Virus record (IMG/VR): IMGVR_UViG_3300045988_151958
Location: 1-39,380 of that record
Strand: one strand, 5' to 3'
Length of the DNA stretch: 39,380 nt
Source of the DNA: a virus
The position numbers and the translations under genes are program-made. Below are positions 24,690 to 31,549 of this stretch, in pieces. Below the pieces are notes generated by a model. That model did no database searches, was not told the origin of the DNA, and was given only the letters and a program-made list of their open reading frames with translations. Position 1 is the stretch's first letter. Each line of letters opens with the position of its first letter.

Positions 24690-25459
24690 CGGCCGCTCGT
24701 CGGGTTCCCGGCGGCGTTCTTGACCCAGGTCACGAAAGCCTCGATGGCCAGCCGCTGTGCAAGCAGTATGGACGGGTCGGCATCGTAGTCTGCCCGCACG
24801 CGAAGAATCTTCTTGACCGGGCTGCCGCGGGAGCCGTCTCCGTGCTCCGCGCCGCGCGTCAGGCGCCACCCCGGGGGTACGGGAGCCGTGCCCGACGACA
24901 TGGCCCTGCCGACCGCGCTGGCGGCCTTGTAGAGCACGCGATGACCCTTGTCTGTGGTGAGCGCCCAGTACAGGTCACGGCGGGGGCTGTGGGGCTTGTG
25001 TGGCTGTGGCTTGGCAGGTTGCTTGGGTTCGGCCGCCTTCTTGGCGGGTTCCTGGTACGCGGCCACAGGGTGGGACCAGCCGTCGGGACTGCCGGTGGCG
25101 AATGTGGATGCCTCGGCATACAGGCGAGCGCGCAGCTCGGCCACAGATGCCGCAACATCCCGTGGCATGCCTCGGCCATTTAGCCAGCCCTGTACACGGC
25201 GGCGGAGGGCACGGAGCAGGTCCCCATCGCTTCGTTTGGCCATCAGGCTCGGTCTGGGCTTGGCCAGGGTTGCAATCAGGGACTTGTTGCCATCCTCCAG
25301 GGCGTCCGGCCACAGGTTCAGCAAGACGACATGCCACCCGGTTGGTAGATCGCTTGATCTCGTTACGTACTTGCTTGCCGGCACACGGGATGCGTAAAGC
25401 ACGGATGTCGGAACAAGCACAGGGGTGGCAAGCAAGGGGGGTGTGGGGCTACGTGTCAT
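24686..25459 (-). CDS. hypothetical protein, first gene downstream of the origin-like region
   Basis: 257 aa with a strong AAGGAGG RBS. Basic, with a Pro/Lys/Ala linker. Confidence 0.6.
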   Translation of the reverse strand: MTRSPTPPLLATPVLVPTSVLYASRVPASKYVTRSSDLPTGWHVVLLNLWPDALEDGNKSLIATLAKPRPSLMAKRSDGDLLRALRRRVQGWLNGRGMPRDVAASVAELRARLYAEASTFATGSPDGWSHPVAAYQEPAKKAAEPKQPAKPQPHKPHSPRRDLYWALTTDKGHRVLYKAASAVGRAMSSGTAPVPPGWRLTRGAEHGDGSRGSPVKKILRVRADYDADPSILLAQRLAIEAFVTWVKNAAGNPTSGR

Positions 25460-25491
25460 GAGTGCCTCCTTGGGCGAGTTTTGACCCGGCC

Positions 25492-25520
25492 ATGGTACTA
25501 GCCCGGCGACGGGGTGTCAA
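25492..25520 (-). promoter_or_regulatory. sigma70-type promoter, TTGACA-17-TACCAT
   Basis: The reverse complement reads TTGACA (25520-25515), a 17-nt spacer, then TACCAT (25497-25492). The -35 abuts iteron 1. Confidence 0.5.
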
Positions 25521-25570
25521 CCAACTTAGTCATTACCCTCCCCAAAACCAACTTAGTCATTACCCTCCCC
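25519..25570. repeat. two direct 25-nt iterons, AACCAACTTAGTCATTACCCTCCCC
   Basis: Exact copies at 25519-25543 and 25546-25570 (27-nt period). Confidence 0.9.
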
Positions 25571-25572
25571 TT

Positions 25573-25619
25573 TATAGAAGGACATATAAAAAGTATGCAT
25601 TTTCACACCTTTGACCTCA
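25573..25619. repeat. AT-rich conserved block, copy B (see 3074..3122)
   Basis: Bracketed by iteron 2 and the inverted iteron 3. Confidence 0.65.
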
Positions 25620-25622
25620 CAA

Positions 25623-25643
25623 GGGAGGGTAATGACTAAGTTG
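25623..25643. repeat. inverted third iteron copy, GGGAGGGTAATGACTAAGTTG
   Basis: Exact reverse complement of the 21-nt iteron core CAACTTAGTCATTACCCTCCC. Confidence 0.9.
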
Positions 25644-25783
25644 TAGAATGGCTTGTAGAGCCAATCCCGGGTGTCGTACTTAGTGTTCACAAATTACTAT
25701 TCGACTCCCATCCCACAACTCTCAAAAATTAGTATTTACTTTGACCCTACTGCCAGTATGGGTAATTTCATGTTGGAACGGGC

Positions 25784-25807
25784 AAAAAAATAGCCCCCGA
25801 AGGGGCT
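25784..25807 (-). terminator. rho-independent terminator
   Basis: On the - strand, AGCCCC-TTCG-GGGGCT followed by ATTTTTTT. Confidence 0.8.
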
Positions 25808-25815
25808 CCGTAGCC

Positions 25816-25835
25816 TGTGGATAACCTGTGGATAA
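25816..25835. promoter_or_regulatory. two tandem perfect DnaA boxes
   Basis: TGTGGATAA at 25816-25824 and 25827-25835 is the reverse complement of the TTATCCACA consensus. Spacing is 11 bp. Confidence 0.7.
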
Positions 25836-25842
25836 CTCAGGT

Positions 25843-26325
25843 TCAGAAGGGCAGTTCTCCGGTCGAATCCGACCCATCTTCGGGCGGTGTGATCGCCCCT
25901 TTAGGCACTGTGATTGCATCCTCCGGGCGGGACTGGCCGGACCAGTCGGGGCTCCCCTCCGGGTTGTGTCGGGTCGGCCTCAGCGGGGCCGGATGGCCTG
26001 CCGGCCGGTCCTTGGATTGCGCCACCGTGTGCTCGCCATCAGAGGCCTGTGCCGCGCCCCGGATCAGCAGCATGGCACCCTTGGCTCCCAGCTCGCCGCC
26101 CATGTCCGCCTTCATGGCAGCCAGCAGCCGGCGGCAGTAGGCTGCCGACACGTGGATGCAGATCAGCTCTGCCTCATCGGGCGGTGTGGTCGATTCCTTC
26201 TCGATCCGGTACATCAGGGCGCCCGTGCCCGAATCGTGGTACTGGCACACCCGGCAGGCGCCAAAGTCCGGATCGCCTTCCTGGCCAGCCACAGGCGTGT
26301 CCGACGTCCAGTCGGTGGCGCTCAT
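25843..26325 (-). CDS. hypothetical protein with a disordered C-terminus ending in GELPF
   Basis: 160 aa. ATGA overlap with the upstream gene. The C-terminal third is Pro/Gly/Asp-rich. Confidence 0.55.
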   Translation of the reverse strand: MSATDWTSDTPVAGQEGDPDFGACRVCQYHDSGTGALMYRIEKESTTPPDEAELICIHVSAAYCRRLLAAMKADMGGELGAKGAMLLIRGAAQASDGEHTVAQSKDRPAGHPAPLRPTRHNPEGSPDWSGQSRPEDAITVPKGAITPPEDGSDSTGELPF

Positions 26326-26606
26326 GCCTTCACCCCCTGTGCACGGCCGCGCATGGCCAGGGAGGCCACGGCAAGGGCCTTGGCGGCTTCCCGGCCGTTC
26401 GGGTAGATGGCCTCCACAGAGACCACCAGATTGCCGTTCCTGCCCCGTGTGGCCGCGAATACCCGGCCCTTGGCCGTGAAGACGGAGACATGGCCTACAG
26501 CAGCTTCGATCAGCATCTGTCCGGCATCAGACCGGCTTTTGCCGCGCAGGTCGTATGCATTCAGGACGTCCAGCAGGCACTTGGCCGAGGTGTTCTCGTG
26601 GATCAT
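26322..26606 (-). CDS. hypothetical protein
   Basis: 94 aa with an AAGGAG RBS, downstream of the promoter at 26654. Confidence 0.55.
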   Translation of the reverse strand: MIHENTSAKCLLDVLNAYDLRGKSRSDAGQMLIEAAVGHVSVFTAKGRVFAATRGRNGNLVVSVEAIYPNGREAAKALAVASLAMRGRAQGVKA

Positions 26607-26653
26607 GGTTGACTCCTTGTCAGTCCTAGCGCCAATCGCCAGGCACGGGATGG

Positions 26654-26682
26654 ATGCTACAGGCCGGTCGGGGTGGCGTCAA
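26654..26682 (-). promoter_or_regulatory. candidate promoter, TTGACG-17-TAGCAT
   Basis: The reverse complement has an exact 17-nt spacer. It follows a terminator. Confidence 0.45.
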
Positions 26683-26700
26683 ATCGACCCGACGAACGGC

Positions 26701-26728
26701 AAAGAAAAAGCCCGGCGCATGGCCGGGC
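26701..26728 (-). terminator. rho-independent terminator
   Basis: On the - strand, GCCCGGC-CATGC-GCCGGGC followed by TTTTTCTTT. Confidence 0.75.
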
Positions 26729-26753
26729 CCTGATATTCACGCCGTGAATATGT

Positions 26754-27029
26754 TCAGCCGATGGCTTCGGGCGCGACGCCGTGGACTTCCTTCAGCAGCT
26801 CCAGCAGCCGCCGGGCCTCACCCTTGTCATCGGTCACGGACAGCCTGTGGTAGCCGCTGCCGTGGACGTAGGTCAGGTAGAGGCCGTCGCGAGACATGGC
26901 GAAGATCAGGCGCGCGCCCATCAGCGTGCCGTAGTCCTCCAGGGTCTTGGCCCCGACCGTGTGGGCCTCGATGATGGCCAGTTTCTCGGTGTAGCCGGTG
27001 TCGCCGGCGTAGGTGATGATGGTTTGCAT
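26754..27029 (-). CDS. hypothetical protein
   Basis: 91 aa with a GGAG RBS. Confidence 0.55.
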   Translation of the reverse strand: MQTIITYAGDTGYTEKLAIIEAHTVGAKTLEDYGTLMGARLIFAMSRDGLYLTYVHGSGYHRLSVTDDKGEARRLLELLKEVHGVAPEAIG

Positions 27030-27102
27030 GTTCGTTGCTCCGTGGGGTTGCCCGGGCCTGAGCCCGGTGTGATTGGATGATGAGGCCTGTGCGGCTGCCC
27101 TG

Positions 27103-27387
27103 TCAATACCCGACGACGTACGGCAGGTCAGCGGGGTCCACGCGGGCCGGGGTAAAGCCCTGACGGCACGTGACCGCCAGGCAGTGGAAGCCGTCCACGG
27201 TCATCAGGTCGCCGCCGATGGCCTCCTGCAGCTCACCCAGGAACTCCTGCCCCATCGCCTCAGTGCAGTCATCGAGGGCGGTCCAGGTGGCAGTCACACC
27301 GGGGATCGCCGGCGTGCCAGCCGGCTCCACGCGGTACAGGTCCAGGCCATCCGAAGAGTGGCGCACAACGTTGAATCCGTAGTCCAT
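27103..27387 (-). CDS. hypothetical protein
   Basis: 94 aa from the ATG at 27387 (AAGGAG RBS). The longer track ORF overlaps the upstream gene out of frame. Confidence 0.55.
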   Translation of the reverse strand: MDYGFNVVRHSSDGLDLYRVEPAGTPAIPGVTATWTALDDCTEAMGQEFLGELQEAIGGDLMTVDGFHCLAVTCRQGFTPARVDPADLPYVVGY

Positions 27388-27434
27388 GGTCTTCTCCTTG
27401 AGAGGCCCGAGGCCGAGGCCCCGGGCGCTGCCCA

Positions 27435-28286
27435 TCACTTCTGCACGTTGACCGTCAGGTTGACCTGGGGCCGCGAGCACACGTCGCAGACGGGCTTGGC
27501 TTTCGGCGCCACCGGCTTCCGCTTCGGCTGAGGCTTGACCTTGGGCAGCTCCGCCTGCTTCGGCACGATCTCGTAGGCCACGCACTCCTGCAGGCGGATC
27601 GTGGTCACCATCCGCTGCAGGGCCCCGCCGTGGCTGCCGCCGATGGAGCCGCCCTGCCCGCTGCCGCCATTGGCCCCAAAGGCCAGCGCCCCGGACGTGG
27701 AGACCGTCAGGACGGTAGTCGTCTCGTGCATCTTGTGGCCGATCAGCTGGGTCAGCTGGCCGGGGATTACTTCCACGCGGCGGTACGGTTCCTCGAAGTT
27801 CGGCGCCAGCCACTGGTTCTGCCCCAGGGTCACCTCCGAGTCCCAGAGGATGCCGATCACACGGCCCTGCACGTCATGGGACATCACCCGCTGGCGCGGG
27901 CCGCAGTAGGGGTCGGCCACGCGGCTAATCTCAGCCGAGGGGGCAACCATGGCGGCGGCAGGCACCGTGACCGGGTTGATATTGAGCGACTTGCCGTTGT
28001 ACGAGTACCCACCAGTGGTCAGGTTGGTCTGCGTGGTTGCGGCGAAGCTGCCCACGCTGCCCCCCGTGGCCGTCTGCCCCTGCTGCTGGCCTTGCTGCTG
28101 CTGTGCGTGGGCCTCCGGGTTGACGCCGTTGACCGAGGCCACCGGGGCGTTGGTTGTGTTGGTGGTCTTGTTGTCACTGTTGGTCTTGCAGGCGTTGACG
28201 CCCACGCAGTCAGCGCCCGGGGTATTGGTGGCCAGGGCCGGGGCGGCGATCAGGGCCAGGGACAGGGCGAGGATGGTCTTTTTCAT
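27435..28286 (-). CDS. exported protein with a Gln/Gly-rich segment, unknown function
   Basis: 283 aa from the ATG at 28286. Signal peptide MKKTILALSLALIAAPALA, a QQQQGQQQGQ tract, and a Lys/Pro-rich C-terminus. Confidence 0.6.
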   Translation of the reverse strand: MKKTILALSLALIAAPALATNTPGADCVGVNACKTNSDNKTTNTTNAPVASVNGVNPEAHAQQQQGQQQGQTATGGSVGSFAATTQTNLTTGGYSYNGKSLNINPVTVPAAAMVAPSAEISRVADPYCGPRQRVMSHDVQGRVIGILWDSEVTLGQNQWLAPNFEEPYRRVEVIPGQLTQLIGHKMHETTTVLTVSTSGALAFGANGGSGQGGSIGGSHGGALQRMVTTIRLQECVAYEIVPKQAELPKVKPQPKRKPVAPKAKPVCDVCSRPQVNLTVNVQK

Positions 28287-28381
28287 GGTTGCTTGCTCCG
28301 AAGATTGCCGCTTCGTTGCGGCGATGGGTGATTGTTTCCTTGTTTGCCACGTTGTTAAGCCCTGTGGCAAGGCTTGTTGTG

Positions 28382-28714
28382 TCATTTGATCAGATGCGGC
28401 AGAAGTCTTTGGAGTTGGTCGAGTTTGTTTGGGGATTTCTGAAGGAAGAACTCTGCTGCCGCCAGCGTCGTATTCCGGCCATACTTTGCATTTCGAATAA
28501 CCATTGTATAGCGGTCTTTGTAGTGGAAGAAAACCGAGTCTTCGTCCTTGTAAACCGCCAGTGTAGCCCTGTTACCAAATTCATCAACATTAACCACTTC
28601 TTCGGACACCTTCTCGCCGTTCCCGGTCGCGTGCTCAATGTGTATTTGCGCGTTCTTTTTGGTTTCCAGTGCGCTACTGGTGTAGACGTTGATCGTGAAT
28701 TCTTCCGTGAACAT
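28382..28714 (-). CDS. hypothetical protein encoded in an AT-richer segment (moron-like)
   Basis: 110 aa, Lys/Glu/Asn-rich. It has its own promoter at 28766. Confidence 0.55.
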   Translation of the reverse strand: MFTEEFTINVYTSSALETKKNAQIHIEHATGNGEKVSEEVVNVDEFGNRATLAVYKDEDSVFFHYKDRYTMVIRNAKYGRNTTLAAAEFFLQKSPNKLDQLQRLLPHLIK

Positions 28715-28765
28715 GATTTAATCCTCTTGGCCATCGGCCGGCATTATTGCCTGCCGATGGAGTGA

Positions 28766-28794
28766 ACTGTACTTCATTGGGTGTTGCTAATCAA
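28766..28794 (-). promoter_or_regulatory. sigma70-type promoter, TTGATT-17-TACAGT
   Basis: Exact 17-nt spacer. It shares the TCACTCCATCGGC downstream sequence with the promoters at 2875 and 22991. Confidence 0.55.
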
Positions 28795-28811
28795 GCGCAC
28801 CCGACGAACAG

Positions 28812-29057
28812 TCAGAGTTGCTTGATCAGATCCGGGCGGAAGCCGCACCAGGAATCCGTGCCTTCATCATGATCGACGAAGACAACAGGTAGCGACTTGT
28901 GACCTTCGCGCTGCAGGAAGGCAGTGATCCCGGGTCTGTTACTGATGTCAATCAGGTTGTACTCGATCCCCAAGCGGTCCATCAGTGTCTTGGTGGCCTG
29001 GCACTGCATGCATCCGGGCTTGGTGTAGACGGTCACTTCCATTTTTGCACTCTTCAT
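28812..29057 (-). CDS. nrdH: NrdH-type glutaredoxin-like redoxin
   Basis: 81 aa. CMQC active site and SWCGFRPD motif. The start may be the internal ATG at 29042. Confidence 0.8.
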   Translation of the reverse strand: MKSAKMEVTVYTKPGCMQCQATKTLMDRLGIEYNLIDISNRPGITAFLQREGHKSLPVVFVDHDEGTDSWCGFRPDLIKQL

Positions 29058-29120
29058 TGTTTGGGGTGGGGGCTACGTGATTGCGAGCCAATGGCTCCCT
29101 GCTTCGATGAGGGCAGGGCA

Positions 29121-29990
29121 TCACGTCAGGTTGTTCATCAGGAACTTTCCGATTGAGTGCGAGCAGACGTAGGACACGCCGTTGCCGATGATCTTGCACC
29201 TGTCGCGCTCAGTACCAGTCAGCTTGTAGTCGCCAGGCAGTCCCATGAGCTTGCGATAATCATCTGATTTCAGCCAGCGCCGTGCGCCGTGCTTGTGGAC
29301 GATTACCGACCGCGGAACGCACGTGATGGTTTTTGCTGCCGTCATTGGCGCGGCACTGGTTGGCGCCGAGTAATAGTTGTACAGGCAGTACGGCAAGTCA
29401 CCAAGTTTGTCCGTGATTTTGTCCGCATGAGACGTTTTCCGCCAGTCGCCGTCGCCGGCAACATCAATCACCTGGTCCCATGAGAGAAAGGGCGTCCGGC
29501 GCCAGACCGGGCCGGTCATCGGTGACCGGGACGCGATGACAAAGCAGCGCTTGCGATGGCTCGGGCTGCCGATGTCAGCGGCATCGATGACGTACTCCTG
29601 GATGTACCATCCATCGAGCATGGCCATGGCACGCTTGTACTGGGCTGCCTTGAGCATGAGCGGATGATTTTCGAGCACGATTACCCGCGGATTTGCGGTC
29701 AGTGCGAGACGCACAGCGTCAACCACGAGCTCCTTGATGTGCTCGCGCTTCTCGCGGTGATTACTACCGGACGAGTACTCGGTGCACGGCGGTGACGCCC
29801 ATACCACATCCGCATGCGGAATGGATTGCAGTGACGTGATATCAGCGATTTCAGCCCGCCAACCATTGGCGCACATATTGTCGATCGCAGGCCGCCAGTG
29901 ATCATAACCGACGACATGGACAAGGCCGGCATCAGTCATGCCTTTGGTGGCGGTGCCGCCGCCGCAGAAGAGGTCTACAAATCGTTTCAT
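29121..29990 (-). CDS. DNA (cytosine-5)-methyltransferase
   Basis: 289 aa from the ATG at 29990. Motif I DLFCGGG, motif IV SPPCTEYS, motif VI VLENHP, motif X IGNGVS. Confidence 0.85.
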   Translation of the reverse strand: MKRFVDLFCGGGTATKGMTDAGLVHVVGYDHWRPAIDNMCANGWRAEIADITSLQSIPHADVVWASPPCTEYSSGSNHREKREHIKELVVDAVRLALTANPRVIVLENHPLMLKAAQYKRAMAMLDGWYIQEYVIDAADIGSPSHRKRCFVIASRSPMTGPVWRRTPFLSWDQVIDVAGDGDWRKTSHADKITDKLGDLPYCLYNYYSAPTSAAPMTAAKTITCVPRSVIVHKHGARRWLKSDDYRKLMGLPGDYKLTGTERDRCKIIGNGVSYVCSHSIGKFLMNNLT

Positions 29991-30035
29991 GTTGCATTCT
30001 CCGTTTTGATGGTGAGTGGGTGTGCCATGCAGGGA

Positions 30036-30064
30036 ATTCTGAACCAAATCCGGCGTCGCGTCAA
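30036..30064 (-). promoter_or_regulatory. candidate promoter, TTGACG-17-CAGAAT
   Basis: Exact 17-nt spacer. Lies directly after the terminator at 30081. Confidence 0.45.
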
Positions 30065-30080
30065 CAGGCGCTACCTCCTC

Positions 30081-30108
30081 AGAAACGAAAAGGGCCAGAC
30101 GGCCCCTT
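30081..30108 (-). terminator. rho-independent terminator
   Basis: On the - strand, AAGGGGCC-GTCT-GGCCCTTT followed by TCGTTTCT. Confidence 0.7.
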
Positions 30109-30129
30109 TCGCCCGACGGACGGTCGGAA

Positions 30130-31536
30130 TCAGACCACGGTCAGGCCCGCGATCCGGCGCGGAGCGGCCCCGTTGATGGCGGCCTGGCATTCATCCGTCC
30201 ACAGGGTCAGCTTGCCCGTGGAGGCCGAGGCCCGCACGGTCAGCCCGCCTACGGCCCGGTTTCCGATCAGCTCCGTACCCAGCAGGTCGCTTGTCACGCC
30301 CAGCGGCTCATCCGGCGTGTACCGGGCCGAGTAGCCGGGCGTGACCTGGGGCGTCTTCTTCCAGGACTGGTCCACCTCGATGTGGGCGGCCCGGAACGGC
30401 CCGGACAGGATGTTGCCCCGCACCTCGGTCGACTGTGCGTCGTTGCCCACGTAGACGTGTGCCTGTGGCGTGCCTGCAGCCCCGATGGTGACCGTGTTGT
30501 TGCTAATCTCGATCTCACGAGTGCCGCAGTAGGCCTGCAGGGCGGCCTGACCCTCTGCGGCGCTGCTGACTGCGTGGTTGCCCGTCACAACGATGCCGCG
30601 GCTGCCGTAGGCCGTGTGGACGGCAGATGACTTGAAGTCAGCGATGACGTTGTGCGAGACCGTGACCCCTGTGGTGGTGTCCTGACAGGAAACACCCCGC
30701 ATCTGGCCCATCAGGGTGTTGCCCGACACGATGCCGCCTTCCACAGCCGACATCTCGATGCCGTAGTAGCCACCCTGGATCGTGCAACCCTGGATATCGA
30801 CCGGGCCGCAAGGCATCAGCACGCCCACCGGGGTCTTGTTGGCCGTCCACCATGCCCGCTGATTGCCCGCCAGCGTGCCGCGGAGGCTGATGGCCGGGAT
30901 GCCCTCCCCGCCCGTGGGCTGGTTGCGCTCATCATCCATCAGGAACCAGGAGTCACGAGCCACGAGGCCACCGGCCTTCACGTCCCTGGTCGATGTGATG
31001 CTGACGCACCGCCCGCGGCCGGCCGGGGTGCCGAAGTCGCCCGGACCTGCCCCGATGACGCGGGTCACGTTCTTCGGCTGCCCGGCAAAAATGCAGTTCT
31101 CCAGTACGATCAGCCCCTTGTTTGCGTGGCCGTGCAGGAGCGCCTCCTGTTGCTCCGTGGCCGTGCCCAACAGGATGAAGATGCAGTCCCGGAACACGAG
31201 ATCGTTCTCTCGATCCCGGGGCAGGATGGCGCACCGGGCCGCGGTCTGCGGCTCGATGACGAACACGCCGCCGCGGACCTCGGTCACGTTGTCATGGACG
31301 GTCAGCTGCTGACCGCGGAAGTGGAACAGCAGGCCGCTGCAGTCCATGATCGTGCCGGGCTGGCTGGCTTCCATCTGGTTACGGAGCACCGTGATGGATT
31401 GCGGGGCATCCACCTTCCACCCACCGTGGCCGCCCGTGGCCTTGCGGAGCCGGGGCGGGATGATGGGCTGAAGCGGCGGCAGTGCCGGAGTGAGGGAAAG
31501 CGCCATGCTTCCGTCAGGCGCTGTGGTCTGGAACAT
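30130..31536 (-). CDS. right-handed parallel beta-helix repeat protein
   Basis: 468 aa from the ATG at 31536 (GGAGG RBS). Repeated xxGNxh turns: VSGNTLMG, VSHNVIAD, VTGNHAVS, ISNNTVTI, VRGNILSG, LIGNRAVG. Confidence 0.65.
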   Translation of the reverse strand: MFQTTAPDGSMALSLTPALPPLQPIIPPRLRKATGGHGGWKVDAPQSITVLRNQMEASQPGTIMDCSGLLFHFRGQQLTVHDNVTEVRGGVFVIEPQTAARCAILPRDRENDLVFRDCIFILLGTATEQQEALLHGHANKGLIVLENCIFAGQPKNVTRVIGAGPGDFGTPAGRGRCVSITSTRDVKAGGLVARDSWFLMDDERNQPTGGEGIPAISLRGTLAGNQRAWWTANKTPVGVLMPCGPVDIQGCTIQGGYYGIEMSAVEGGIVSGNTLMGQMRGVSCQDTTTGVTVSHNVIADFKSSAVHTAYGSRGIVVTGNHAVSSAAEGQAALQAYCGTREIEISNNTVTIGAAGTPQAHVYVGNDAQSTEVRGNILSGPFRAAHIEVDQSWKKTPQVTPGYSARYTPDEPLGVTSDLLGTELIGNRAVGGLTVRASASTGKLTLWTDECQAAINGAAPRRIAGLTVV

Positions 31537-31549
31537 CGAGGAGCCTCCG

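Larger units (their letters stand above)
25470..25842. other. candidate replication origin / control region
   Basis: A non-coding gap containing iterons, a conserved AT-rich block, an AT-rich tract (about 25680-25790), a terminator and two DnaA boxes. Confidence 0.5.

Noticed and set aside
25519-25643. Possible mini-CRISPR array, given the exact 25-nt repeats
   Set aside because: There are only two direct copies separated by 2 nt (no spacer-sized unique segments) plus one inverted copy. There are no cas genes. The layout fits iterons or operators.
25640-25790. Possible tRNA or small RNA gene (a TTCGACTCC-like T-loop near 25701-25709)
   Set aside because: No flanking 5-bp T-stem, acceptor stem or anticodon arm can be formed on either strand.
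25722-26140. ORFs 25722..25919 (-), 25817..26140 (+) and 25828..26406 (+), spanning the DnaA boxes and terminator
   Set aside because: They cross a strong terminator hairpin and regulatory repeats, have no RBS, and overlap the better-supported gene 25843..26325.
27103-27813. 236-aa minus-strand ORF
   Set aside because: Its N-terminal two-thirds overlap the exported-protein gene in another frame and are Arg/Gly/Ala-rich. Only the last 94 codons, from the ATG at 27387 with an AAGGAG RBS, look real.
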